Positions 21,269-32,277 of a stretch of DNA of 64,000 nt are shown here, one piece after another. The translations under genes were made by a program, and so were the position numbers. The notes beneath the pieces are model-generated. The model was not told the DNA's origin, did no database searches, and saw only the letters and a list, made by a program, of their open reading frames with translations. Location of the stretch: positions 186,001 to 250,000 of IMG/VR virus record IMGVR_UViG_3300033143_006101. The stretch is one strand, 5' to 3'. How positions within the stretch are numbered: the stretch's first letter is position 1; every line of letters starts with the position of its first letter.

Positions 21269-22391
21269 CTTGCACTCCTCCCGCTTTTTCTAAAAATTCA
21301 TTACCCAAAATCGAGATCTTACTTAATAAATTCCACCTATCTTCCTTTTTCAACTTATCTACTAAATATGTGTTTAGTACTTTGAAAGGATCAATAGAAT
21401 CTACCTGAATTTCTATAGAAGATTTATTATTTTTGGCTTTTTTATACCTTACATTCTCTAATTTACAACCTTTAGTGTCTAAAAGCTCCCCTAACGCTGT
21501 TTCATCCACTTTTTTATCACTGATAGTGGTAACAAAAACCACTCGATTGGTTGGCATCCTAAAACCCTTAAAATATCCTAAAATATCCTCATTTTCGGGT
21601 ATTTCATAAGAAACAAATTCCCTTAAACCCATTATTTTCTCAAAAATATGGCCACCATCCGGTTCTATTAACACATATCCCTTATCTTGGTTAGCATCCG
21701 CGAGATCATGATAAAAAAGTGACCCGGGGTATATCACTCTCATATTATTTTTCTTATTATAACATTGGTATCGATGAGCATGCCCAAGCAAAAGAATTAC
21801 CTTCTTCTGTTTAAAATAATCAAAGTCAATTGTCTCCGTAAACCTAGAAATCATAGTAGATTCACTACCTACTTTCACATCGGAATCATATACATGAGCT
21901 ACAATAATAGATTTATTTTTACAATTCTCTACAACACGCAATAAAGCTTCATAGGTTGGGGCATTCCTATCTTTAGAAGTTTCAAAAGGTAAATATGGTA
22001 TAAACCACACATCCCATTCACCCCATGTTGTTCCATGATTAGTATCAACATCGAGTAACCATATATTTTCTAATTCTAATTCATGTACAAAAATCATAGA
22101 ATTAGAATGCATGCTTACATCATGATTACCCGTAATTAAATAAAAAGGTTTTCCTAATGCGTCCATTCGATGAATCCATTGTGTAAGAAATGCTATATTT
22201 TTAGTAGTTGGATGTGGGGTATGAAACATATCACCACCAAACACAACCATATCTACATCATCTTGTTTTGCTCTTTCATATATAGCATTCAAAGCATTCC
22301 TAGCCTCCTGTTCAGCTGTAACTAAACCACCAGGCTCCTTAATTGAATGCGTTTTTATGCCTAAATGGGTATCACTAAAAAATAATATCAT
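21258..22391 (-). CDS. sbcD: SbcD/Mre11 (gp47-like) nuclease
   Basis: FSDTHLG, GGDMFH, TGNHD, AH, LGHAH, YPGSL. Confidence 0.92.
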   Translation of the reverse strand: MILFFSDTHLGIKTHSIKEPGGLVTAEQEARNALNAIYERAKQDDVDMVVFGGDMFHTPHPTTKNIAFLTQWIHRMDALGKPFYLITGNHDVSMHSNSMIFVHELELENIWLLDVDTNHGTTWGEWDVWFIPYLPFETSKDRNAPTYEALLRVVENCKNKSIIVAHVYDSDVKVGSESTMISRFTETIDFDYFKQKKVILLLGHAHRYQCYNKKNNMRVIYPGSLFYHDLADANQDKGYVLIEPDGGHIFEKIMGLREFVSYEIPENEDILGYFKGFRMPTNRVVFVTTISDKKVDETALGELLDTKGCKLENVRYKKAKNNKSSIEIQVDSIDPFKVLNTYLVDKLKKEDRWNLLSKISILGNEFLEKAGGVQDEV

Positions 22392-22451
22392 TTCTCACCC
22401 TCCTTAAAATTTTCGTCTATTACAACATAAAATAAGTGTTCTTTAATAATA

Positions 22452-22985
22452 TTAACATTCAGGCACATCCACTTTATCCCATTCAAACCATGTCCGACAA
22501 CTCTCATTTTTACATTCAGTATCCCAAGGAGTAATATCTTCCTTGCATTCTGGACAAGTATAATCCCAATTATAAAAATCATCATCATATTCTGTTCTGG
22601 TTTTTACTTTAGGAATAGGAATCCCTTTACCACGTATATTTTCTTGTTGTTTTACCTGAGCTTTACTTTTCCCTGAATTAACTAAAACCTTATCAAAATA
22701 ACCAGGTCTAACAGTGGTTCCTCCTGTTTTACCTTTTTTTATTCTATCTGTTATATCATTAATTATTCGCTTAATTTTATTTTCCCCATATACAGAAGTA
22801 ACAGATTTCATGTGTTTAATACGTCTTTTAGTTAAACTAAGATTACCACCATCTTTAGCACCACCAAAATATAAATAGTCACGATAAAAATTATGTAAAA
22901 GTAACCCATAATCTTCCCCATAAAGATTTGTACATTGTTGTTTAAACGATGTTCTTTTTATTTGATAATGATCTGCTAAAGACAC
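22452..22985 (-). CDS. hypothetical protein with C-terminal zinc ribbon
   Basis: CPECKE...ECKNESC. Confidence 0.5.
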   Translation of the reverse strand: MSLADHYQIKRTSFKQQCTNLYGEDYGLLLHNFYRDYLYFGGAKDGGNLSLTKRRIKHMKSVTSVYGENKIKRIINDITDRIKKGKTGGTTVRPGYFDKVLVNSGKSKAQVKQQENIRGKGIPIPKVKTRTEYDDDFYNWDYTCPECKEDITPWDTECKNESCRTWFEWDKVDVPEC

Positions 22986-23971
22986 TACTTGTTTTCCTTC
23001 ACTTCATTCAATTCGTATGCTTTTCCAGTCAGATGAGATATTGTTTCAATCAAACTCTCTATTAATAACCTCTCATATGTTTTAGTGACCTTTTTAATAT
23101 TATTAGATTTCATATTACTAATTAATTCTGATGTAATCTTAGCTAATTTCTCAACATAATTAGCTACAAGAGTTTTGGCATCCGTTGGGACCTTAGTCTT
23201 TCTTTTTATAGTATCATCTGATAAATCTCCATTCTCAGACATTTCTTTCATATTACTACGAAGGGATTGAGAATCCATACCCCCATCACCGGTACTCTTT
23301 ACAAAATTCTCTATCACATTTTTCCGGGCATCCTCATTATCCCTAAAATCAGGATTCCTAGCAGTTTCTTCCAAAACAGAATTATATCGTTTCTGCATTA
23401 ATTCCTTTTGCTCTGCATTACCCTCTATCATCTCTAATATTTTCTGATGAAAACTAATATTACGCTCTATAAAATCAAATTTATTAACTGCCATTTTAAC
23501 AACATACACAGATACACCTACATGATCACTAATATAGTATATCATCCAATCATCCGCCTTAGTTTTATCAGGTTTCATTTGATCTAATTCTTCTGGAGGT
23601 AAAGATTTCAACATTTTCCAATACTGATGTATAGCAGCATCCCTTTCTACAGAAGCAAGCTTCTCTTTCAAACAATCTAATAGTAATTGCTTTTCCAAAA
23701 CCTGTATATCATTTAAGTTATCTAAGATTAGACACGGTAATTCAGTTACCCCCAAAGCACAAGCAACACGAAACCTACGTTCACCATCAAGAATAACATA
23801 AACAGGGTCTCCTCCACGAGTTGCTATCCTTCTAACAAAAAGTGGAATTAAAACCCCATAATCCTTGACAGAATCCATTAAAAATTGTAATGGTTCTTCA
23901 TCAAAGGTTTTACGCGGTTGAGTAGTGTCGGCTTGAAGTGTACTAACAAGTAACATTTCAATAGTTTGCAT
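22985..23971 (-). CDS. parB: ParB/Srx N-terminal domain protein
   Basis: QPRKTFDEEPLQFLMDSVKDYGVLIPLFVR...ILDGERRFRVA; start placed at MQTIE (23971) behind AGGGGG. Confidence 0.8.
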   Translation of the reverse strand: MQTIEMLLVSTLQADTTQPRKTFDEEPLQFLMDSVKDYGVLIPLFVRRIATRGGDPVYVILDGERRFRVACALGVTELPCLILDNLNDIQVLEKQLLLDCLKEKLASVERDAAIHQYWKMLKSLPPEELDQMKPDKTKADDWMIYYISDHVGVSVYVVKMAVNKFDFIERNISFHQKILEMIEGNAEQKELMQKRYNSVLEETARNPDFRDNEDARKNVIENFVKSTGDGGMDSQSLRSNMKEMSENGDLSDDTIKRKTKVPTDAKTLVANYVEKLAKITSELISNMKSNNIKKVTKTYERLLIESLIETISHLTGKAYELNEVKENK

Positions 23972-24162
23972 TTTAAGACCCCCTAAATTTTTTTTCGTCA
24001 TATATTATATAAAGTACAACTAACATAATCTTTACACTTTTTTTTCGTTTTTATTTCTTTTTTTTTTGGTTATCTTTAGTTCTTTTTCTTTTAGTAACAG
24101 AGCGTAGCGTTTTGCCGTTCTCACAGATCCCTAATAGCTCATTCCCTACAGATAATAATTGT

Positions 24163-24272
24163 TTGACTTTAAAGTCAATCACTGGGAACTGGCACTTACA
24201 TTTTTGGTGTTTTTAAAAAATAAAAGTCAATCACTGGGAACTGGCACTTTTTAGTACTTGACTTTAAAGTCA
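24163..24272. repeat. two palindromes and a 27-bp direct repeat pair between divergent parB and wHTH genes
   Basis: TTGACTTTAAAGTCAA (24163-24178), TGACTTTAAAGTCA (24259-24272); AAAGTCAATCACTGGGAACTGGCACTT at 24171-24197 and 24223-24249. Confidence 0.9.
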
Positions 24273-24303
24273 TGTGCTCTTAGTGTTTGGAGGTAAAAAA
24301 GTC

Positions 24304-24873
24304 ATGAATAATAATAAAAAATGGTACATAATTGACTGGAAAAGCGGTATAAAAAGAGTTATTGATTTATTTAAATTATATCCGATTGTTGAACAGTCAG
24401 ATAAGGATTTATTTTTACTATTTGGATACAAGAATTTGTCTCCAGGAGATAAGGAAACTTATTATTTAATAAAGGAGTTAGCAATTCTTAATGAAAAGAA
24501 ATATAAGCGATATCAATGTCAGGTTTCCCTGGGTTATTTAGCTGATGTTTTAGATACTACAGTGGAATGCCAATCAAGACGAGTAAAAAAGTTAAAATCC
24601 GCTTATTTGTTAAAAATTATACCATCTAAAGCTGATACTAATACATATATTCCTTTAATAAAAGCTTATCCTGATTCTACTTTAGTATCAACTATCATAA
24701 AATTAATCCGTCGTAAAAAATTATATGCAATGATGAGTATTTATGAGCAAGAAAAAGGTATAATACAACATCCTGCCTCTTTAGAATCTATCAAATATCT
24801 TGTTAAAAAGGTACCTGCTTTTACAAGGTATCTTAGTAAAGAGTTAAAGTCTAAAATACAACCATCCCTTTAA
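24304..24873 (+). CDS. winged helix-turn-helix protein (HTH_36-like, possible replication initiator)
   Basis: LSPGDKETYYLI..L...CQVSLGYLADVLDTTVECQSRRVKKLKSAYLLKII; GGAGG before ATG 24304. Confidence 0.6.
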   Translation: MNNNKKWYIIDWKSGIKRVIDLFKLYPIVEQSDKDLFLLFGYKNLSPGDKETYYLIKELAILNEKKYKRYQCQVSLGYLADVLDTTVECQSRRVKKLKSAYLLKIIPSKADTNTYIPLIKAYPDSTLVSTIIKLIRRKKLYAMMSIYEQEKGIIQHPASLESIKYLVKKVPAFTRYLSKELKSKIQPSL

Positions 24874-25681
24874 AATATTCCCATTTCTACCATTTAACTC
24901 CTTAAAAAATAGAAAATTTTTTCTATCATTTTAGATGATAAATACATTTATTCTATTTTTGTATAGAGGAGTTATACTATGGCTGACATAACAAAAGTTA
25001 ATTCTACAAAAGGATTAGTTACTTTAAAAGAAGAAGATTTACTCGAAAATAATCTTATGAGGTATATAAGAACTTCATTAAAAGGTATTGGTAAGAAAGG
25101 ATTACTTACAGATCACCCCTTCGAGACAGTAGCTGCAAGCATGTTTAAAGAGAAACACCCAAGTGATCAAGTAAAGCTCGCGGAGAAGTGTTTGCTTAAA
25201 TGTAATAAAGACGGGGATATTTCAGTAGATGTTGTACTTCGCATTTCTAAAGATGTTTCTGAAGGTTTATATGAGATGCACCCTACCAAACAAGTGTTCA
25301 AAAAACAAGAAGTAACACGCGGTGACAAATAGCGGAGGAAATTATGAAATCAGTTAAAGATGTTTCTGGTAGATCTATTCATGTTGGAGATCCGGTTTGT
25401 GTATTACCTGATATAGAATTATCTAAAAAAATTGGTGATTATATGGATTCACTTCTTATAGGTGTTGTTCATCGTATACGTCAATCTGGTCAAATCAGTG
25501 TTAAGGTTGGAAGTGTTGGTTTACATTCCGAAAGGCACCAATTAAGTAAAATAGATTTAAAAGATAAAATAGATGATGTTATTGCTCGTTTAGCACAAGA
25601 TATAGAAACATTGCAATTACAAAAGGAATCTGATATTCTAAATTCTATGTTGGATCCAACAGAACTTTAAGGAGAATTTTC

Positions 25682-27664
25682 ATGAAATATTATATACATA
25701 AAGGAAAAATCAAAGAAGCAGCTAAAGAATATAAAATACCTTTTGATAAACTTACTCCAGAGAATGAAGCAAAAATTGAGAAATGGGTCGAAATGGGAAA
25801 AGCTGATGTAGTATATGGTCCTGAAGGAGTTACTGTTTATACTACTGAAGAAGGTTCAGCTATGGATCCATTAGAAGAAGCAGAACAATCTTTTGTTAGT
25901 GAGGTACCGATAGTAGAAGAAGAAGAAATAACAGAAGAAGAAGGATTAAAAGCAATGGAAGAAAATCTTATTACTGAAGGTTATAAGTCATTGAATCTTC
26001 CTGAAGGTTTTTTAAAAAATAAAACAGTAAGAAGTGTAATAGAAAATTTCGAAGCCGAAACAAACTCACAAGTACTTAATGATAAATTATTTGTTAGTCC
26101 AGAAGGAATGGATTCTTGGAAAACTATTTATTATCCGGCTCTTAAAAGTTATTATGGAGAGCTTGCTAGTAAAGAAAAAGAAATTACAGAAAAAGATCTC
26201 AAAGAACCAACATTAGAAGAAAGTTTAGTAGATACTCTTTATTATGCTAAACCTCATGAGCAACTTAATCCATGGTTTGAAGAAGGTCAAGATATTGAAA
26301 TAGTAAATATGCCAGATGATCCTACTGGTAAAGTTATATTAAAAGCTAAAGATGGTAAAGATATCCCTATTTCATTAGATAACATAAAAAAATTAATAGA
26401 TAATGGATATTTTGTATTAAAAGAAGATCCTTTTAAAATGTTTAAGAATATCGCTTCTATCAACTTAACTAATTTATTAAAACAGGCCGAAGAACAATCA
26501 GTTAAAGAATTACGAAAAAAAAGAGACGAGCTTAAATCTGGATTAAAAGAAGTAAGACAATTAATAAATGATTTCTCAGTAGAAGCAGATAGAGAATTAA
26601 ATGAGATAATGTCTGGACGCATAAATATTTTAGATTGGGTGTCTAAAATACCAGGAGGGAAATCCCCTGCTCGTATTACAGAAGTAGAAGAAAAAGCTAA
26701 AAGAGAACAAACTTCTCCTATGGAAGTGATTGAAGAAGGAAAGCCACAACAAAAATCTTCTGCAGAAGTACCGTTAGAAGAAGGATTAGCAATAGATGTA
26801 CCAGAAGAAAAAGAATCAATTCCTGGAGAGGAAAAACAATTAGCTGGGAAAATAAAAACAATTACTGAAGCAACACATTATGCAATCCAAGAACAAACAA
26901 ATAAAGCATTAGTTAATTTAGATGCACTTTATAGTACAATTGCCAGTGATATAGACGAAGATTTATTACGAGACCCGGATTTCAATGCTAATTATACAGA
27001 AAAAATAAATATAGCTGATAAAATTATAAAACGATTTTCTACATTAAAACCTTATAAGTTCAAACAAGATGCAGGTGAAACTAAAGGAAAAGAAAAACTT
27101 CCTGAGGGTATGGGCCAAATGTCTAAAGTAGAAGAAGGACCTGCAATGTATGTTGGTGTGGGGGCTGATTTTTTAAGGAATTTTGTTAAGAGCATGCTCA
27201 ATAGGGATATTACTTCACCAGATCAAGTGCACGCTGAAGTACAGAAATTTTTTGCTATAGGTGAAGATGAAGAAGGTAACCCACAAGTAAAAACTCCTAT
27301 TTCATTATTAATTCATTCTGACTTTGTTGATGTTACTCCAACTGAAGATGCGGGTCCAATTGAAGAAACAGAAGAATATACTGGAGAAGCACCAATAACA
27401 AAGCTCAAGGAATTAGGACCAGAAGCAATAAATGTTGCTATCAATGATATAAAACAACAATTAATAAATTATAACAAATATTATAATTATTCACCTGCAA
27501 GACAAGACATGATTAATAAAATTATGGAAGAATATAAAGTTACTTATGAAGTAGCCGAACATTATTATGAAGAAGCAAAAGAAGAAGCACGGGAAACAAT
27601 GACAGATGAAGAGGAGATTATTCATGACTATACTCCTTCAGAAAGAGAAATGCAACATTTATAA
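25682..27664 (+). CDS. acidic hypothetical protein, probable virion/head protein
   Basis: 660 aa, Glu-rich, directly upstream of portal; LLKQAEE motif. Confidence 0.5.
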   Translation: MKYYIHKGKIKEAAKEYKIPFDKLTPENEAKIEKWVEMGKADVVYGPEGVTVYTTEEGSAMDPLEEAEQSFVSEVPIVEEEEITEEEGLKAMEENLITEGYKSLNLPEGFLKNKTVRSVIENFEAETNSQVLNDKLFVSPEGMDSWKTIYYPALKSYYGELASKEKEITEKDLKEPTLEESLVDTLYYAKPHEQLNPWFEEGQDIEIVNMPDDPTGKVILKAKDGKDIPISLDNIKKLIDNGYFVLKEDPFKMFKNIASINLTNLLKQAEEQSVKELRKKRDELKSGLKEVRQLINDFSVEADRELNEIMSGRINILDWVSKIPGGKSPARITEVEEKAKREQTSPMEVIEEGKPQQKSSAEVPLEEGLAIDVPEEKESIPGEEKQLAGKIKTITEATHYAIQEQTNKALVNLDALYSTIASDIDEDLLRDPDFNANYTEKINIADKIIKRFSTLKPYKFKQDAGETKGKEKLPEGMGQMSKVEEGPAMYVGVGADFLRNFVKSMLNRDITSPDQVHAEVQKFFAIGEDEEGNPQVKTPISLLIHSDFVDVTPTEDAGPIEETEEYTGEAPITKLKELGPEAINVAINDIKQQLINYNKYYNYSPARQDMINKIMEEYKVTYEVAEHYYEEAKEEARETMTDEEEIIHDYTPSEREMQHL

Positions 27665-27685
27665 TATGAAATAGGAGATGAAAAT

Positions 27686-30600
27686 ATGGCGAGAAGATTT
27701 AGTACAGGTGGACCAGAAAACTTCAATGATATCTTGCCACGTACTATTTTTGCTGAAGCTGACCCAGAAAGATTAGATAAAACAGGAGCATCTTTTACAG
27801 GTTATCCTGGGTTAGGAAATTCAGTAAATCAGATGGTAACTTATGGTGCAGGTAATAATATATTACGAAATCCTTCACGAAGATTTTACGACCCGGAAAT
27901 AACAACTACAGCTATTTATTTACCGCGAACTGTTAAACAAAAAAATAGATGGTGTAGATGGTTCTATGATCATGATGAGTTAGTTGGAGCTGTATTAGAT
28001 TTGCATGCTGAACTTCCTTACTCCCGGGCAGAGATCGTAGAAAAAGATACTTATGTTAGAAAATTAGTAGAGGAATGTTTTAGTCGTATAAACTTTTTCT
28101 CTATGCTTCCTATCATAGATCTTGAGTTTATGAAAATAGGAGAAGTATTCATACATACTCCATGGGATGATACCGAAGGTATGTGGAGTCATATCATTGT
28201 ACACAATCCTGACTTTGCAGAAGTAAGGTTTACTCCTTTTGCTGATCAAGAATGTACGATAGAATTAATTCCAGATGATGAACTTAGATCAATTGTACAT
28301 TCTACTAAACCAGAAGACCAACAATTAAAACGTAGAATACCGGATGATGTGTTTAGAAGAGTACTTACTGGAAAGAATATAACTTTGGATCCGTCAGAAG
28401 TAACTCATATTGCTCGTCGAAGCAATCCTTATGATATTAGAGGAACTTCAATAATCAATCGTATTTTTAGACTTTTAATGTATGAAGATAAACTACGAGA
28501 AGCTCAAATTACTATTGCAGATAACTTTATATACCCATTAAAGATATTTAAACTTGGTGATCCAAAAATTGGTTGGATTCCTAATGAGACACATCAAAGA
28601 GCTCTGGCTCAAATGTTGCAGCAATCTACTTTCGATCCCAACTTTAGTCTTATTTATCATTACGGTTTGAATGTCGAATTTCATACTGTGGCTGATAAGG
28701 TAATGAGATTAGAGAAAGAATGGTCTGATATTACTGAAAAGAAAATGATTGCTCTCGGTGTTGGTAAACAATTTCTGTCTGGGGAAACAACATATGCGTG
28801 TTTTGTAGAAGGATCAAAAATACTAACACCAAATGATATTGTAAATATTGAAGATATATCAAATGATGATAAAATATTAGATAAAAATGGAATGGTACAA
28901 ACTGTAGTAGATAATTGGTGTGAAGGAATCCCAGAGACAATTACAAAAATAAATTTATGGGGTGGAAAAGAATTACTATGTACTAATAATCACAAATGGC
29001 CTGTTTGGATGTGGCCTAGAAAATGTGCTTGTGGATGTGATAGAGATCTTACAGCTGGAAGAGCGTTTGCACATGCAATGAAATATTCTTCTAATTATAA
29101 ATTGAAAAAAGTAGATTGTGGTAGGGCTACGATTAATTCGAAAGAATCTTTAGGTATACCTATTGATTATGAATCAATTAATAAAATAAGTGCTTCTGAA
29201 ATAAAAGAATGGGATTATTTAATGATCCCAAGAAATTTTGAGATTATAGAAACAGATACTACAAAAGACGAAGCCAGATTATTAGGGTATTTCGTGACTA
29301 AAGGTAGCTTTTCTAAACACGCCAGAACCAAGAATTTAACAGGTATCAATCTAACATTCGGTATCACAGAAGAAAATACTTTAGTAAAAGATACTGTAGA
29401 TCTTTGTGAAAAATTTGGTATTCCTGTTAGAGATGTAGAAGAAAAAACAAATTCTCTTCGGATAAGATCAATAGACCGAAAAGAATTTAAAGATAAAGTT
29501 TTGTGGTTTAAAGAACACGCTGGAGAATATTCTCATCTCAAAAAATTATCTAGTACTGTAATGCATTGGCCTCTTGATCTTAAAGAAGAGTTGGTGAAAG
29601 GTCTTTTTAAAGGAGATGGTTGTCAACAAATAAATAAAGTTAATAATGAACATTCTGTTCATTATACTACTACATCTAAAGTATTAGCTTATCAAATAGA
29701 ACTAATATTAGCTCAATTAGGTTTTCCTATTAATTGGACAATACAAGATAACTCACATAGAAATAGGAAAATGACTTATAGATTAGATATTTATGGAAAA
29801 TTTGCATTCGATTTAGCTAAATTAATTTGGGAAGATGATTGTATAATAAATTTTAATGATTCAAAACAATTTTATGGGCAAAAAGCTTGGGTGGATAATG
29901 ATTATATATATATTATGGTCAAATCTGTTGAAGAAATTAAAAATGATAAAAAAGTATATAATTTAACAGTAGAAAATTCCCATAGTTATTTAATAGAAAA
30001 TATAGGGACATATAATTCAGCTAATGTTGCATTACAAACTCAGTTAGCACGTTATAAAGCTAAGCGTGATCTATTTCAAATTAAATGGATCCATAAAATG
30101 CTTAGAATAATGGCTGAGCGTAATGAATGGTATCGTAGAGATAAAAAAGAACTTGTAGGACAATATAGAGTAAAAAGAAAAGGCAAAGAGCTACAGGAAA
30201 GATTGATTATACCTAAATTAACCTGGCATAAAAAGTTAATGATGCGTGATGATCAAGCTTTCTTAACTTTTATGAACAATGTATATGCTCAAGGTAAAGG
30301 CCCTATTAGTACAATAACACTTTTACAGTATATGGGGTTGAGTCTTGAAGATGAATTAGAGAATAAAGTAAAACAAACTGAATTAGAAGAAAAGATTGGG
30401 GCTCTTATTCATCCTATAACACAAATTGCAGGTGGTATGACTGCTAAAATTAAAGATAAGTTTAAATTTGGGAAAAATAAACCTGAAAAAGAAATTACTG
30501 GAGAAGAGTTAATGAAATTAGAAACAACTTCTCCTACATCAACTCAGTATTCTGGTTCTCAAATGGAACATCCTAAAGGTGATTTAAAGAAATTAACTGT

Positions 30601-31981
30601 TAATGAAGCTAAGTTAAGAGAAGCCCAACTAGATATTGAGACCACAAAACAATTGCATCCTGTTGATGAAAAAGTATGGTTTGATAATCTAGAGTCTCCA
30701 AGCGTACCATCCGAAGTTAAATTATTACTTATTAATCTCAATAATAAACTTAATGCAATAGATAAACGAAATAATGGAGATTATAAAGAGGGACTTATTA
30801 AAGAGACTAATAATATTAAATCTGTATTAATAGATTTGTACAAGCAAGGTAAATTACATTCATATAATATTACAGGATTTTTTCCTATTTATAAACAATA
30901 TTATTCAACTCATGAAGCATTAACAGATTATTCTGATCTTGTATTAGCAGAAGAGTTTGAACAATGGATCCATAAGATAATTGCTATTGATGTAGAAAAG
31001 CAAGAAACATTCAAGCATTTACGAAATGTTGGGAATGCCTGTTTTTGTTATGGGCAAGTTAAAGGTTACCAAGAGCAAGGTGTTAATACATTAAAAATAG
31101 GGAATTTATTAGTAAACGAAGGACTTAGATATTCATCAAATGAATTATTAGATAAGGGATGGAATTTAAGTTCATTATTGTCTCCCAAGAATGAAATTGT
31201 TATTTTATATCCTTGTATAGAAGGACATGATGATGATATGTTTAATAATAATCTAGATCCTCAAGTACAGAGGTATAGGGACGCAGTAATTTCAGGAATA
31301 GCAATAAAAGATTGTCCTATTGAATATATGCCTTATATTAACAGAATTTTTAATAAACTTGGTAAACATATAAATAAAAAATATGATACTATTGTTTTTG
31401 TTAAAGATGTTATAGATTTAAAAAAATGGGAAGAAAGAAAGGCAAAAGACATTGAAAATGAGGCTTCCTCCGCAGATGAAAAAACAAAGAATTTAATGGT
31501 AATAAATTCTTTAGGATATGAAAAATTACAAAAGAGAGGTACAGTCCCTACATTTACTGACGGAAGAACACTTTATATATCTAATTGGATTGGGGTAGAG
31601 GAATTCCCATTAACAAGTAAGTTACTTAGGCTATTAGATATTACAGATGAGATTGGAGATAAAGCCATTAGAAAAGCATTTAAAAAGAAGAGTTTAGATT
31701 TAACACAAGATGATATTCAAACTTATCGAGTATTTAATTATATTGTTCCTATTTCTGATGATCCACAAAATCCGAGAGGATTTAAAATAAGTAAAGAATA
31801 TATGGATACTACGGATCTTGATTTTAGATTAAAACAAGGAAAGATGTGGGATTTAAATGGAAAATGTATGGGAGCTGATGACACTGATGAATTAAAACTT
31901 TTTAATGATAATTTAAGGATATGGATTGATTATCCACATCTATTAAATGTAGATTTAGCAAAATCTTTTGAAGTACTATAA
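27686..31981 (+). CDS. portal protein with intein and long C-terminal extension
   Basis: position before protease/scaffold/MCP; VTHIARRSNPYDIRGTSIINRIF and KIFKLG...WIP segments typical of large-phage portals. Confidence 0.75.
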   Translation: MARRFSTGGPENFNDILPRTIFAEADPERLDKTGASFTGYPGLGNSVNQMVTYGAGNNILRNPSRRFYDPEITTTAIYLPRTVKQKNRWCRWFYDHDELVGAVLDLHAELPYSRAEIVEKDTYVRKLVEECFSRINFFSMLPIIDLEFMKIGEVFIHTPWDDTEGMWSHIIVHNPDFAEVRFTPFADQECTIELIPDDELRSIVHSTKPEDQQLKRRIPDDVFRRVLTGKNITLDPSEVTHIARRSNPYDIRGTSIINRIFRLLMYEDKLREAQITIADNFIYPLKIFKLGDPKIGWIPNETHQRALAQMLQQSTFDPNFSLIYHYGLNVEFHTVADKVMRLEKEWSDITEKKMIALGVGKQFLSGETTYACFVEGSKILTPNDIVNIEDISNDDKILDKNGMVQTVVDNWCEGIPETITKINLWGGKELLCTNNHKWPVWMWPRKCACGCDRDLTAGRAFAHAMKYSSNYKLKKVDCGRATINSKESLGIPIDYESINKISASEIKEWDYLMIPRNFEIIETDTTKDEARLLGYFVTKGSFSKHARTKNLTGINLTFGITEENTLVKDTVDLCEKFGIPVRDVEEKTNSLRIRSIDRKEFKDKVLWFKEHAGEYSHLKKLSSTVMHWPLDLKEELVKGLFKGDGCQQINKVNNEHSVHYTTTSKVLAYQIELILAQLGFPINWTIQDNSHRNRKMTYRLDIYGKFAFDLAKLIWEDDCIINFNDSKQFYGQKAWVDNDYIYIMVKSVEEIKNDKKVYNLTVENSHSYLIENIGTYNSANVALQTQLARYKAKRDLFQIKWIHKMLRIMAERNEWYRRDKKELVGQYRVKRKGKELQERLIIPKLTWHKKLMMRDDQAFLTFMNNVYAQGKGPISTITLLQYMGLSLEDELENKVKQTELEEKIGALIHPITQIAGGMTAKIKDKFKFGKNKPEKEITGEELMKLETTSPTSTQYSGSQMEHPKGDLKKLTVNEAKLREAQLDIETTKQLHPVDEKVWFDNLESPSVPSEVKLLLINLNNKLNAIDKRNNGDYKEGLIKETNNIKSVLIDLYKQGKLHSYNITGFFPIYKQYYSTHEALTDYSDLVLAEEFEQWIHKIIAIDVEKQETFKHLRNVGNACFCYGQVKGYQEQGVNTLKIGNLLVNEGLRYSSNELLDKGWNLSSLLSPKNEIVILYPCIEGHDDDMFNNNLDPQVQRYRDAVISGIAIKDCPIEYMPYINRIFNKLGKHINKKYDTIVFVKDVIDLKKWEERKAKDIENEASSADEKTKNLMVINSLGYEKLQKRGTVPTFTDGRTLYISNWIGVEEFPLTSKLLRLLDITDEIGDKAIRKAFKKKSLDLTQDDIQTYRVFNYIVPISDDPQNPRGFKISKEYMDTTDLDFRLKQGKMWDLNGKCMGADDTDELKLFNDNLRIWIDYPHLLNVDLAKSFEVL
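28799..30016 (+). mobile_element. intein (406 aa) in portal, with LAGLIDADG-type domain
   Basis: TTYA|CFVEGS start, CTNNHKW block B, VYNLTV..SHSY block F, GTYN|S end; LLGYFVTKGS and LVKGLFKGDG. Confidence 0.9.
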
Positions 31982-32007
31982 TAAATTTAAATTTAGGAGA
32001 ATTTACA

Positions 32008-32265
32008 ATGGAAGACAAGAAAGCGTATACTTTAACAAATGATGATTTTTTTGACATTGAGCAAATAATTAAAAAAATTGCAAAAGATAATAACATCGGT
32101 GATGTTGAAAATGTTACAATTAATTTAACAGCTAATGAAGGCATGGCTAGATTCAAAATAGCTAAAAAAGACGATGATGACGATAAGGATGATAAAAAAG
32201 ATAAAGAAAAGGATAAAGAAGAGAAAGGTGAAGAAGAAGAAAAAGAAGAGGAGAAATGTGATTAA
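32008..32265 (+). CDS. small protein, paralog of 50058-50240
   Basis: IEQIIKKIAKDNNIGDVENVTINL..NEGMARFK plus charged tail. Confidence 0.6.
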   Translation: MEDKKAYTLTNDDFFDIEQIIKKIAKDNNIGDVENVTINLTANEGMARFKIAKKDDDDDKDDKKDKEKDKEEKGEEEEKEEEKCD

Positions 32266-32277
32266 AGGAGTTTAATC

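Noticed and set aside
24171-24249. Mini CRISPR array
   Set aside because: Only two 27-bp repeats with a 25-nt T/A-rich spacer, overlapping palindromes, and no cas gene in the window
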